DNA from: Candidatus Angelobacter sp.
GTDB lineage: Bacteria; Acidobacteriota; Terriglobia; Terriglobales; Acidobacteriaceae
Assembly (NCBI GenBank): GCA_036380095.1
Contig: DASVFK010000250.1
Coordinates: 24,125-88,124 of the forward strand
Direction of reading: 5' to 3'
DNA length: 64,000 nt
Positions 43,913 to 53,322 of this stretch are shown piece by piece. The notes beneath the pieces were generated by a model. The model did no database searches and was not told where the DNA came from. It saw only the letters and a program-made list of their open reading frames with translations. Position 1 is the first letter of the stretch; each line of letters begins with the position of its first letter. The translations under genes were made by a program, and so were the position numbers.

Positions 43913-46900
43913 ATGACAACGACGGGAAGGCTACCCTCTACATTTGCCCCAACTACAATTGGAAAGTACCTGACGGGGCCCTCGACAAGAAACTTTTTTC
44001 TCACCCTCATCGCGGTGATTCTGCTTGTTAGTTATGCTGGCGCGCAGTTGCCCATGCCGCCCTCAACCCAGTTTGACATTACCGGTTTTATCCAGGAAGC
44101 CACGCTGGATTCCACTTGCACCGCCGACGCACACTGTGGCGGCACCATCAAGCTCAATGGCCATACGATTGTCGTGCCCAAGGAAACCATCGTGATTTTC
44201 CCGGCCAATGCGCTGACCTGGCAGGAAATTTTTGCTCAGGCTCCGGCGCCTTACGGACTGCTGACAAATCCGCCCTCCACCGGCATGGCTCTGGCTGACC
44301 TGCCTGCGCCTTTGAGCACTTATGAAGCGCAAGCGGTGGGCAACCGCGTCCTTGGCGGTCCCGCAGGCGCTGACTTGTACATCGCAGGCCTGATCTATAT
44401 TTCGCAGCAAGGCCTGAACAGCGGCAACGGGTTCATCAACTTTATCAACTACACCACGGGCGAGATGCGCGTAGGCGGTCAGTTGGGGAATCCCGCTGAC
44501 GGCGCGCGTGTGCGCCTCAACGATCCCGTGGGGCGCTATGGACGGGTGATCTCGCCCGACATACGCTTCACCGTGGACCCGGACAATCCTACGATTACCG
44601 GCTCCAGCGGTTTCCCCATGTGCCTTCCGCGCGTGGACCCTGCGATTGCGGTTGATCCCTTGTGCCCGCAGACGCAGCGGCCTGCGGCAATCGCGCCGGC
44701 AGTCGGCTTTGCTTCTGTGATTCAGACGAACGATCCTGTCGCGCTGCCGGGTGTTCCACCGGATGCAACCATTCAAGTGCCATTCGAGGTAGGTGATTGG
44801 ATCAGCTTCGCGGGAACCCTGGTGCAAGACGGATTGACGCCCACGGCCGGGCCATGGCCGGGAACCGCCAACACCTATATCTCCGCGCACACCATCACCA
44901 ACAACGTGGCCATCTTCACCTGGCCGAACACCAATCCTGCCTACACGCGCACGGATGTGACCATCATCGGCACCGGAGGCTTGATCGTGCTGGGCGTGGG
45001 CGAAGCGGTCATCCGCACACGCTTTGAGGGCATGATGACGGATGTGAATCCGAACCCAGCCCTGCAACGGATCATCCATCTTTATGGCATCGATCTGAAT
45101 CCGGCGGACGGTTCGACGACGGACCGCGACTGGGGCACCATCGGGGTTGATCCGGGACCGCCTTTGGGCGCCAACAAGGGCCGCTGGCGCTTCCGTCCAC
45201 CCTGCGATCCTTTCGGGACCATCGAGGCCAAACCTGACAAGAAATGCGTGATGAACCAGTCCGGAACCTTCCTGCCGCCCACGCGCGAAGTAAGGTCGGT
45301 GATCGAAGGCGCCTGGACTCCCGGTGGGCCGCAGACCACGTATGCCAATGGGATCATCGCCGGGCAGTACCATGCTCCGATTTTGGAGTACATCTTCCCG
45401 GAGAACATTCCCGGCGCACCGATCGTTGAAAACAACTTCAACAGCATTCCCTTCCTGGCCCAGGGCGGATATACCTCGTCCGCGGGCACGCTGGTGGGGC
45501 AGCTCAATCCCTGGCCGAGCAACATCATCCCGCCGCCATTCTGCGCGAACATCACGGCCGTCAGCGCCGGTGGTCCATATACAGTGGGTTCCGGCGGAAC
45601 CATCCCATTGACCAGCACCACGAACGGCACGGGGCCATTTACGTACTCGTGGGTAGCAAGTGCGGGGACGTTTGACAATGCCAGCGTGGCCAACCCGAAC
45701 TTCACGGCGCCACAAACGGCGGCGGGGACCACGGTGAACTTGTCACTCACTGTGTCGAATGCCTGCTCGTCGGTTCCTGCGACCAGCACGGTAACGGTCA
45801 ACGCGGCCTTGGCGCCCACCGTCAACCCGATCGCACCCCAGAATGTGATCTCAGGGAACGCCGGCGGCTTCACTGTCAGCGGTTCTGATCCCAACGTTCC
45901 GGCGTCTGTGCCGCTTACGTGGTCAGTTTCTCAGACGGGCCCGATCGCCCTGCAAAACCTGGTGATCGCCTCCACGGGAGCTACCACGGCGAGCGTGACG
46001 TACAACGCGCCGGCCGGTGTGTTGGTTGCTACCGATGTCACGGTCACGGTGACCGCGACGAACGTGGCAGGTGTGGCATCTGCTCCTGTTTCCACGACGG
46101 TAACCATCAATCCAGCCAACAACTGCATCGCGCCTGTGGCCAATGCCGGTGGTCCGTACACGGTTGGCGCCGGAGGCTCGATCTCGCTGAACGGCAGCGC
46201 AACCGGGACAACTCCTATCACGTTTGCCTGGGCGCCGCCAGCGCAGGGAACCATCAACCCGCTGAGCAGCCCCACGGCGACTTACACTGCGCCTGTGGTA
46301 CTGGTGCAAACCGTGGTGCCACTGTCACTCACGGCGACCAACAGCTGCGGCAGCAACACCGCCACCTCGCAAGTAACGGTGAACGCAGCCCTGCCACCCA
46401 CCATGAACCAGCCGGCGAACGTCTCGGTGTTCTCTGGTGCGGCGGGCAGCTTCACGATCAGCGGCTCGGATCCCAATGTGCCTCCGCTGGTGCCACTCAG
46501 CTTCACGGTGACGCAGAACCCGGCCGGAACTCTGGCCAACCTCACTGTGACTCCAGGCCCCAACCCACCAGGAACCGGAGCAACGGTGACCTTTACGGCT
46601 CCTACGCTGCCGGTGAACGTGGCAACCAACACGGTGGTCACGCTGACCATCACGGCGACCAACACGGCTCCTCTGACTTCGGCGGCGGTGACGATGACGG
46701 TAACGGTGAAACCGCTGCCCGACCTCATCACCCCCTTGTCGGCGGAATACCGGACTGGCAAGCAGCGTCTGATCGTCACTGCGAGCACGTCCAACGCCGG
46801 TGCAACGTTGAAGCTGCAACCCTATCTCACGACGACGGGAAGCACCTACAATCCTGACCCGGCGGCAGGCGGACTCGGTAACACGTTCGTCCTCGTGAAC

Positions 46901-47053
46901 GGCGTCTTGACCGTTGACATCAGCGGCGCCCCGGCTCCGGCCTGCGGCAACCCGGCGGGCTATCAAACGCCTTGCCCGACGGCCCCGCTGGACATCAAGT
47001 CCAACATCGGCGGTGATAGCGGGTTCTTTGCGTTGACCCGCATCCGCCAATAA
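43913..47053 (+). CDS. large secreted protein, paralog 3
   Basis: MTTTGRLPSTFAPTT...FLTLIAVILLVSYAGAQ then LPMPPSTQFDITGFIQEATLD. Same architecture; ends ...ALTRIRQ. Confidence 0.9.
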   Translation: MTTTGRLPSTFAPTTIGKYLTGPSTRNFFLTLIAVILLVSYAGAQLPMPPSTQFDITGFIQEATLDSTCTADAHCGGTIKLNGHTIVVPKETIVIFPANALTWQEIFAQAPAPYGLLTNPPSTGMALADLPAPLSTYEAQAVGNRVLGGPAGADLYIAGLIYISQQGLNSGNGFINFINYTTGEMRVGGQLGNPADGARVRLNDPVGRYGRVISPDIRFTVDPDNPTITGSSGFPMCLPRVDPAIAVDPLCPQTQRPAAIAPAVGFASVIQTNDPVALPGVPPDATIQVPFEVGDWISFAGTLVQDGLTPTAGPWPGTANTYISAHTITNNVAIFTWPNTNPAYTRTDVTIIGTGGLIVLGVGEAVIRTRFEGMMTDVNPNPALQRIIHLYGIDLNPADGSTTDRDWGTIGVDPGPPLGANKGRWRFRPPCDPFGTIEAKPDKKCVMNQSGTFLPPTREVRSVIEGAWTPGGPQTTYANGIIAGQYHAPILEYIFPENIPGAPIVENNFNSIPFLAQGGYTSSAGTLVGQLNPWPSNIIPPPFCANITAVSAGGPYTVGSGGTIPLTSTTNGTGPFTYSWVASAGTFDNASVANPNFTAPQTAAGTTVNLSLTVSNACSSVPATSTVTVNAALAPTVNPIAPQNVISGNAGGFTVSGSDPNVPASVPLTWSVSQTGPIALQNLVIASTGATTASVTYNAPAGVLVATDVTVTVTATNVAGVASAPVSTTVTINPANNCIAPVANAGGPYTVGAGGSISLNGSATGTTPITFAWAPPAQGTINPLSSPTATYTAPVVLVQTVVPLSLTATNSCGSNTATSQVTVNAALPPTMNQPANVSVFSGAAGSFTISGSDPNVPPLVPLSFTVTQNPAGTLANLTVTPGPNPPGTGATVTFTAPTLPVNVATNTVVTLTITATNTAPLTSAAVTMTVTVKPLPDLITPLSAEYRTGKQRLIVTASTSNAGATLKLQPYLTTTGSTYNPDPAAGGLGNTFVLVNGVLTVDISGAPAPACGNPAGYQTPCPTAPLDIKSNIGGDSGFFALTRIRQ

Positions 47054-47067
47054 CCAACGAATAACCT

Positions 47068-47098
47068 GGCGGTCGAAGAGCAATCCTCTTCGACCGCC
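47068..47098 (+). terminator. stem-loop GGCGGTCGAAGAG-CAATC-CTCTTCGACCGCC after paralog 3
   Basis: Perfect 13-bp stem 15 nt after the stop. The stem sequence is shared with 37484..37516. Confidence 0.55.
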
Positions 47099-47218
47099 TT
47101 CCATCCGACCTCCCCCCAAAGGTTTGGAAGCAATCCCAGATTCAGAGTGCCCCCCAGGTTTCGTGCGACCCAGGTTCGGAGTAACCCCCGAAGGTTTAAG
47201 GAGCAAGGAGCTAAGAAG

Positions 47219-48091
47219 ATGAAAACCCTCTGCAGATTAGTGACCCTAACCACGATGCTAGCGGCGGTCCTGGCGATGAGCGTCCAGGTGTCCGCGCAAG
47301 ATCCGCCGCCCGGCCAGCCCATTCTGTTGGGCACCACCGGTGCATGCTTCAACGCCAATCAAGGCGGCCTTTGCACCCAAACCAGCACGCTGGTGCAGAT
47401 CGATCCCTCCACCGGCGCACTGATCAAGACGATCGGCCCGGTGGGCTATACCGTCAACGGGCTGGCTTGGGACCCCACCACCGACAAGCTGTACGCTACA
47501 ACCGCCGCGGGCGATGTGAGCTTCCATGGCCTGATTACCATTGACCCCAATACGGGACAGGGCACGCCCGTGAATCCACTTGCCGTCAATTATGGGCTGG
47601 ATCCCACTTCTCCTGTCCACTCCATCACCATCGACTCCAATGGCAACGCCGTTGGGTGGTATGACGAGTTCGGATCGGGAGTTACCGATACCTTTGTCAC
47701 GTTCGATAAATCCACCGGCTTCGCCACCGAGTTCAACAACACCGGGATCAACACCGGCCAGAACGGGCTTGCCTTCGCCAAGCATGACCTGCTGTGGAAC
47801 ATTGATAGTCCCAAGTTTGTAAACGGCGGTTTGACGCAAACGGCCTACCTGCTCGATCCCACGAATGGACATCCGCTGGATGAAAGGGATGTGACTCCAC
47901 CAACAGCAGCGGCACTGGGCGATTTCGATCCCGTAGGCAATCAGTACTACGGGCTGAACTTCGATACGTCCACCCCCGGGAGCGGGACATACCTGGTGGC
48001 GATCAACCTCAAGAAGGGCACCGTGACCACGGTGGGGCAGACGGTAGACGGCCTGCATGTAATCGCGTTCGTGAAACACAAATTGATCTAG
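47219..48091 (+). CDS. secreted repeat protein, beta-propeller-like, small paralog 2
   Basis: ATG 47219 follows AAGGAGCAAGGAG. MKTLCRLVTLTTMLAAVLAMSVQVSAQ then DPPPGQPILLGTTGAC. The track start at 47147 adds a non-homologous extension. Confidence 0.8.
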   Translation: MKTLCRLVTLTTMLAAVLAMSVQVSAQDPPPGQPILLGTTGACFNANQGGLCTQTSTLVQIDPSTGALIKTIGPVGYTVNGLAWDPTTDKLYATTAAGDVSFHGLITIDPNTGQGTPVNPLAVNYGLDPTSPVHSITIDSNGNAVGWYDEFGSGVTDTFVTFDKSTGFATEFNNTGINTGQNGLAFAKHDLLWNIDSPKFVNGGLTQTAYLLDPTNGHPLDERDVTPPTAAALGDFDPVGNQYYGLNFDTSTPGSGTYLVAINLKKGTVTTVGQTVDGLHVIAFVKHKLI

Positions 48092-48368
48092 GAGCAGAGA
48101 AGCGAAGGCAGAAGGTTTGATGCACTCATACGTCACCGAGACGAAAGACAACGATCACCCCGGCGCCGCAACGGGCGGAGCCGGCAACGCGTTCATCAAC
48201 CATGGGAACGGCACTTTCAGTTGTATTGAACGGAGTGCCGGGACCTTGATTCCGCCAGCGCGGACGCTGGACGAGAAATCAAACCTGAATGCGATAGCGG
48301 ATACTTTGCGCTCACCCGCATCAGGCAGTAAGGCCTATCCGACAAAGCATCCCCCGAGGAGCTTAAGA

Positions 48369-49262
48369 ATGAAAACACTAATATGGAGATCAGCAACACT
48401 AGCCTTAATACTCAGCGCGGCGGTCCTGGTGGGAGTTATTCCCCAGGCGTCCGCACAGACCCCGCCGCCCGGCCAGCCAGTTCTTTTGGGCACCCTCGGT
48501 GCGTGCGATAACGTCGTTCAAGGCGGTCCCTGCACCCACACGAGCACACTGGTACAGATTGACCCAGACACCGGAGCACTGGTCAAGACGATCGGTCCGG
48601 TGGGTTTTACGGTCAACGGCTTGGCTTGGGACATGACGACCAACAAGCTGTACGCCACAACCGCCGTGGGAGATGTGAGTTTCCATGGCCTGATCACCAT
48701 TGACCCCAATACCGGACAGGGTACACCCGTGAATGCAAGCGTCAACAATTACGGATTGGACGTCACGCCTGGAACCCTGGGTTCTCCCGTCCACTCCATT
48801 ACCTTCGATTCCAATGGCAACGCCGTTGCGTGGTATGACGAGTTTCCGCCGCCGACGGGAGTCACCGATACCTTCGTGACGATCAATAAAGCCACCGGCA
48901 TCGCCACCGAGTTCAACAACACCGGGCTCAACACGGGCCAGAACGGGCTCGCCTTCGCCAAGCATGATCTCCTGTGGAACATCGACAGTCCCAAGCTTGT
49001 GAACAATGTTGTGACGCAAACGGCCTACCTGCTCGATCCCACGAATGGACATCCGCTGGATGAAAGGGATGTGTCTCCGCCAACGGCAGCAGCCCTGGGC
49101 GATTTCAATCCCGTAGGCAATCAGTACTATGGCCTTAAATTTACGGTCTTCAACCCCACGACTTTCCTGGTGGTGATTGACCTGAAAAAAGGAACGGTGA
49201 CCACGCTAGCGCAAACGGTGGATGACTTGCATGTGATCGCATTCGTCAAACACCTCCCATGA
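48369..49262 (+). CDS. secreted repeat protein, beta-propeller-like, small paralog 3
   Basis: ATG 48369 follows GAGGAGCTTAAGA, the same RBS context as 41918. MKTLIWRSATLALILSAAVLVGVIPQASAQ then TPPPGQPVLLGTLGAC. The track start at 48117 adds 84 non-homologous residues. Confidence 0.8.
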   Translation: MKTLIWRSATLALILSAAVLVGVIPQASAQTPPPGQPVLLGTLGACDNVVQGGPCTHTSTLVQIDPDTGALVKTIGPVGFTVNGLAWDMTTNKLYATTAVGDVSFHGLITIDPNTGQGTPVNASVNNYGLDVTPGTLGSPVHSITFDSNGNAVAWYDEFPPPTGVTDTFVTINKATGIATEFNNTGLNTGQNGLAFAKHDLLWNIDSPKLVNNVVTQTAYLLDPTNGHPLDERDVSPPTAAALGDFNPVGNQYYGLKFTVFNPTTFLVVIDLKKGTVTTLAQTVDDLHVIAFVKHLP

Positions 49263-49950
49263 GATCAAAGAAGTAAGGATTAGATTGATGCAGTTTTACC
49301 TCCAGACCCAATTAACCCCAAGGGCTGCCGAGTCAAAGCAACTCGGCGGTCCCCTCCCATGGGCTCACCAGACCACCAGGGCCGGGAAAGAGAGGTCATC
49401 GAAGCCGGTCATGGATTGACACTCGACACGCATGGAGCGACTCAAATGGGGCACAGAAATGCTGGCTTTATTGTTCCGGAATGCGCTTCCAGAGCGCGGC
49501 TCGCAGAGTCCGGCTTAGTGGGTTTCGCCACCGGCAGATTACATCGTGAGAAAGTTAGTTTTTTGCGCCTGGCTGGTCCAACCATTGAAATTAACGCCGC
49601 ACCCGTGACGCGGGTCACATACAACTGCGACCTCACACTGATAATGTGCCGCTACTCAACAAGCTTGAACACTGAACTTGTTGCAAGCTCCTCTTCCGGG
49701 GAGATTCGACTTGATTTCGAACGAGTCTCAGCGGCACGTAACCTGCCTGGAAGAACTCCAAAAGAAGAAGTTGCGCGGCTGCGCGAATTGCCAGCCGCAA
49801 GCAGGGCCCCATCGCGGGTCAAGGGAACAAGTACGTGCGGGGTTCGTACAGCAGCCCCTGGATTAGATACGCGAAACCACCGGTCAGGCAGCGAGAAAAT
49901 CAAAGCCGGCCAATACAACAACAGTCGACACTTTAAGGAGCGCAGCCAAT

Positions 49951-52209
49951 ATGAAGCACAGAGAAGATGGTTTTTTCCTTCCGGAAACCGCCTCTCGGGC
50001 CCGTATCAGAGAGGCAGAGAACGCACGCAAGAACCGGCAAGAAATTGTTAAGGCCTACTCACAAGGCCAGGTAACACGCCGTGACCTGATCAAGTGGGGT
50101 CTGATCACCACGGGCGGACTTCTGGCGCCCATCCATGGCCTGAACCCGTTCGTCAAAAGCGCCTACGGCAGCATTCCCACGGGCGCGAATCCCAGCCCGC
50201 TGTTTGGGGCACAGCCATTTACACAAGCCATGCCGCGGTTTGATTTGCTGGCGCGGCTGCCGTTTGGTGGGCGCCAGACGCTGAGTCCCACGCCGACGGC
50301 CCAGGCCAACACCACGTTGCAGCCGGTCGACCCGCTTTTGGGTGGCGGCTTCGGCCCCATTGAAGGCCGTCCTCCGGGACCGGTGTGGGCGCACCAGGCG
50401 TTCACCCAGTTCCCGCCGCAGATTGCCATCGAAGCCACGCAGCAGGGTAACAAGGGACCCAATACCACGTACAATCCCGGCGTTGCCTCAAACTTTAACT
50501 CCGGCATCAATCCGGCGACGCCGATTCCGCTGACCTTCCACCCGAACTTTCCCATCCAGGCCGAGAACTCGGTGTGGACCTTCAACGGAACAGTCCCGCC
50601 CAAGCTGGCTATGGGCCGCTATGGCGAACCGATCCTGTTCCGTCACCACAACGGCTTGCCGGCTGACGTGACGCTGAACAACGGCTTCGGCCGCAATACC
50701 ATCAGCACCCACGAGCACAACGGCCATCATGGCGCGGAGAATGACGGCTTTACCGGCGCCTTCTTCTTCCCCAACCAGTTCTATGACTATCACTGGCCGA
50801 TCAAGCACGCGGGATTCACCAGCATCAACACCGGAGCGACCGATCCCAGGTGCGGAGCGCCCGATGGCAACGGCGGCATCACCAAGCTGCCGGGTGATTG
50901 GCATGAGACCATGAGCACGCACTGGTTCCACGATCACATGTTCAGCTTTACCTCGCAGAACGTGTACAAGGGCAATGCTGCCATGTTCAACATGTACAGC
51001 TCGCTCGATCGCGGGAACGAGGCGCTCAATGACGGTGTGAACCTGCGCCTGCCTTCCGGCAAAAACCTCGACTGGGGAAATCTCGAATATGACGTGAATC
51101 TCCTGGTCAACGAGAAAGCCTTTGATGCCACCGGACAGTTGTACTTTGACATCTTTGACTTCGACGGGTTCCTGGGAGACGTGATGTGCGTCAACCTGGC
51201 CTACAAGCCGTACTTCGAAGTGGAACACCGCAAGTACCGCTTCCGCATCCTCAACGGCAGCGTCTCGCGCTTCTTCAAGATCTGTTGTGTGGACGCTACA
51301 GGCACCGCCGTCCCGATCATTCAGATCGGCAACGACGGCAACCTGCTGCCGAACCCGGTGACCCTCACGCAACTCGATGAGCAGGGCATCGCCGAAAGGT
51401 ACGACATTGTCATCGACTTTACGGCCAACAGAGCTAAAGTCGGCGACAAATTCTGGCTGGTAAACCTGTGCGAACACCAGGACGGCAAGAAGCCTTCCGC
51501 GGACCTGTCCATTGCGGACGCTCTCGCGGGCAAATCCAACGATCCCTGCATCGGCAAGTTCCTGGAGTTCCGTATTGTGCGGAATCCAGCCACTGCCGAC
51601 AAGAGCGTGGTGCCCAACGTCCTGATTCCGAACCCAGACCTCTCAGCCATCCCGGTGGCACGTACCCGGGTGTTTGAGTTCAACAGTGGAGCTCAGCAGA
51701 ACCCGAACCTGTTGAACGACCCAAGCTGCTTTGTCACGGGCGCCGGCGGCCAGTCAGGCCCCTGGGGCGTCAAGACCGATAACCAGGGACCCACGTATGA
51801 CGCTTGCTTCGGCCGCATCTCCGGTGCGCCGCAGTACGGCACGCGCGAGGTGTGGGAACTGCGCAACGGTGGCGGCGGTTGGGACCATCCCATCCACATC
51901 CACTTTGAAGAAGGCCAGGTCCTGGCCCGCAACGGCAGCGCCGCCAACGTGCCGGCGTGGGAAAAGGGCCGCAAGGATGTATATCGCCTGCGTCCCAGCG
52001 GCAGCGTGACCATTACCATGCAGTTCCGCGATTGGGGCGGCATGTTCATGGAGCATTGCCACAATACCGTGCATGAAGACAACGCCATGCTGGTGCGCTG
52101 GGAGACCCAGAATGCGGGAACTCCGTTCCTGTATCCGCTCCCGACGCCGATTCCGACACCGCAGGGCGTTACCTTCCAGCCCGTGAGTGAAATCCTCCCG
52201 ACCGCGTAA
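49951..52209 (+). CDS. Tat-exported multicopper oxidase (CotA/bilirubin-oxidase-like)
   Basis: Twin-arginine signal TRRDLIKWGLITTGGLLAP. The four copper-binding motifs are HEHNGHHG, HWFHDH, HPIHIHFEEG and HCHNTVHEDNAM. RBS AAGGAG. Confidence 0.9.
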   Translation: MKHREDGFFLPETASRARIREAENARKNRQEIVKAYSQGQVTRRDLIKWGLITTGGLLAPIHGLNPFVKSAYGSIPTGANPSPLFGAQPFTQAMPRFDLLARLPFGGRQTLSPTPTAQANTTLQPVDPLLGGGFGPIEGRPPGPVWAHQAFTQFPPQIAIEATQQGNKGPNTTYNPGVASNFNSGINPATPIPLTFHPNFPIQAENSVWTFNGTVPPKLAMGRYGEPILFRHHNGLPADVTLNNGFGRNTISTHEHNGHHGAENDGFTGAFFFPNQFYDYHWPIKHAGFTSINTGATDPRCGAPDGNGGITKLPGDWHETMSTHWFHDHMFSFTSQNVYKGNAAMFNMYSSLDRGNEALNDGVNLRLPSGKNLDWGNLEYDVNLLVNEKAFDATGQLYFDIFDFDGFLGDVMCVNLAYKPYFEVEHRKYRFRILNGSVSRFFKICCVDATGTAVPIIQIGNDGNLLPNPVTLTQLDEQGIAERYDIVIDFTANRAKVGDKFWLVNLCEHQDGKKPSADLSIADALAGKSNDPCIGKFLEFRIVRNPATADKSVVPNVLIPNPDLSAIPVARTRVFEFNSGAQQNPNLLNDPSCFVTGAGGQSGPWGVKTDNQGPTYDACFGRISGAPQYGTREVWELRNGGGGWDHPIHIHFEEGQVLARNGSAANVPAWEKGRKDVYRLRPSGSVTITMQFRDWGGMFMEHCHNTVHEDNAMLVRWETQNAGTPFLYPLPTPIPTPQGVTFQPVSEILPTA

Positions 52210-52317
52210 GCGGCCAGGAGTGGACCATAACCATACCGGCGGGCCGCCAAAACCAGGGCGGCTCGCCGGGATGCCCATCAACAAAAATGGGCCATCAGGC
52301 TAGAAAGGAGCACCATC

Positions 52318-53274
52318 ATGCGACGGAAGACTTGGGCGGCAGCAGCCACGTTCCTGGCGGCAGCGACCATTGTGTTGTGCATGCGCCCGGCGCAGGCCGA
52401 CTCGCGCTGGGGCGCCAATTATTTCCCCAACGTTGAGTTGACCGACCAGAACGGCGAAAAGCACCATTTTTATGACGATCTGCTCAAGGGCAAGATCGTG
52501 GTCATTGAACAGTTCTATACCCACTGCATTGATATCTGTCCGCTGGAAACCGCGCGCCTGGCCCAGGTGCAGAAAATGCTGGGCGACCGTGTGGGCAAAG
52601 ACATCTTTTTCTATTCCATCAGCATTGATCCAAAGCGCGACACTCCGGAAGTAATGAAAGCCTACGCGGAGACGTATCACGTTGGCCCCGGCTGGCTTTT
52701 TCTCACCGGCAAGAAAGAAGACATCGACTTAATCAATAAGAAGCTTGGCTTTCAAGACCCGCAACCGGGCGACCGTGACGGTCATTCGCCCCACCTGCTG
52801 ATTGGCAATGAAGCCGCCGGGATGTGGCAGCGCAACAACGCGCTGGACAACCCGCGCTATATGGCGGTGATGATCGGCGATTGGATGAACAGTTGGCGCA
52901 GCGCCAAGCCCATGACCACCGGCACGAGCTATACCGAAGCCGGCGCGATCAAGGGCTATGATTCGGGCAAGTACCTGTTCTTTACCCAGTGCGCGCCCTG
53001 CCACACCATCGGCGAGGGCGAATCCATCGGGCCGGACTTGCGCGGCGTCACCAAGGTCCGCGACCCCAAGTGGCTCCGCAAAATCGTGCAGACCCCAGAG
53101 GACTTGCTGGACAAGGGTGATCCCCTGGCCACAGCCATGCTTGCCAAGTACAAGAACGTGCGTATGCCCAATCTGCATTTCGATGAGGAAGCCACGGACG
53201 CGCTGATCGGCTACATGGACCGGCAGAGCGCCGCGGTCACAGCGAAACAGATGAAGGAGGAGCGATCGCAATAA
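52318..53274 (+). CDS. SCO1/SenC copper chaperone fused to a C-terminal mono-haem cytochrome c domain
   Basis: Signal/anchor, SCO motif YTHCIDICP (CxxxC) with a downstream His (GHSPHLL), and a C-terminal CAPCH haem-binding site with distal MPN. Confidence 0.85.
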   Translation: MRRKTWAAAATFLAAATIVLCMRPAQADSRWGANYFPNVELTDQNGEKHHFYDDLLKGKIVVIEQFYTHCIDICPLETARLAQVQKMLGDRVGKDIFFYSISIDPKRDTPEVMKAYAETYHVGPGWLFLTGKKEDIDLINKKLGFQDPQPGDRDGHSPHLLIGNEAAGMWQRNNALDNPRYMAVMIGDWMNSWRSAKPMTTGTSYTEAGAIKGYDSGKYLFFTQCAPCHTIGEGESIGPDLRGVTKVRDPKWLRKIVQTPEDLLDKGDPLATAMLAKYKNVRMPNLHFDEEATDALIGYMDRQSAAVTAKQMKEERSQ

Positions 53275-53322
53275 TTTTGCTTCCGTCCCGCCCCTTTGGT
53301 TTTCTGCGGGGCTGAAGACAGG

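Noticed and set aside
49359-50051. 230-aa ORF upstream of and overlapping the MCO start
   Set aside because: No motifs, odd composition and low GC. It overlaps a well-supported MCO start that has a strong RBS and a Tat signal.
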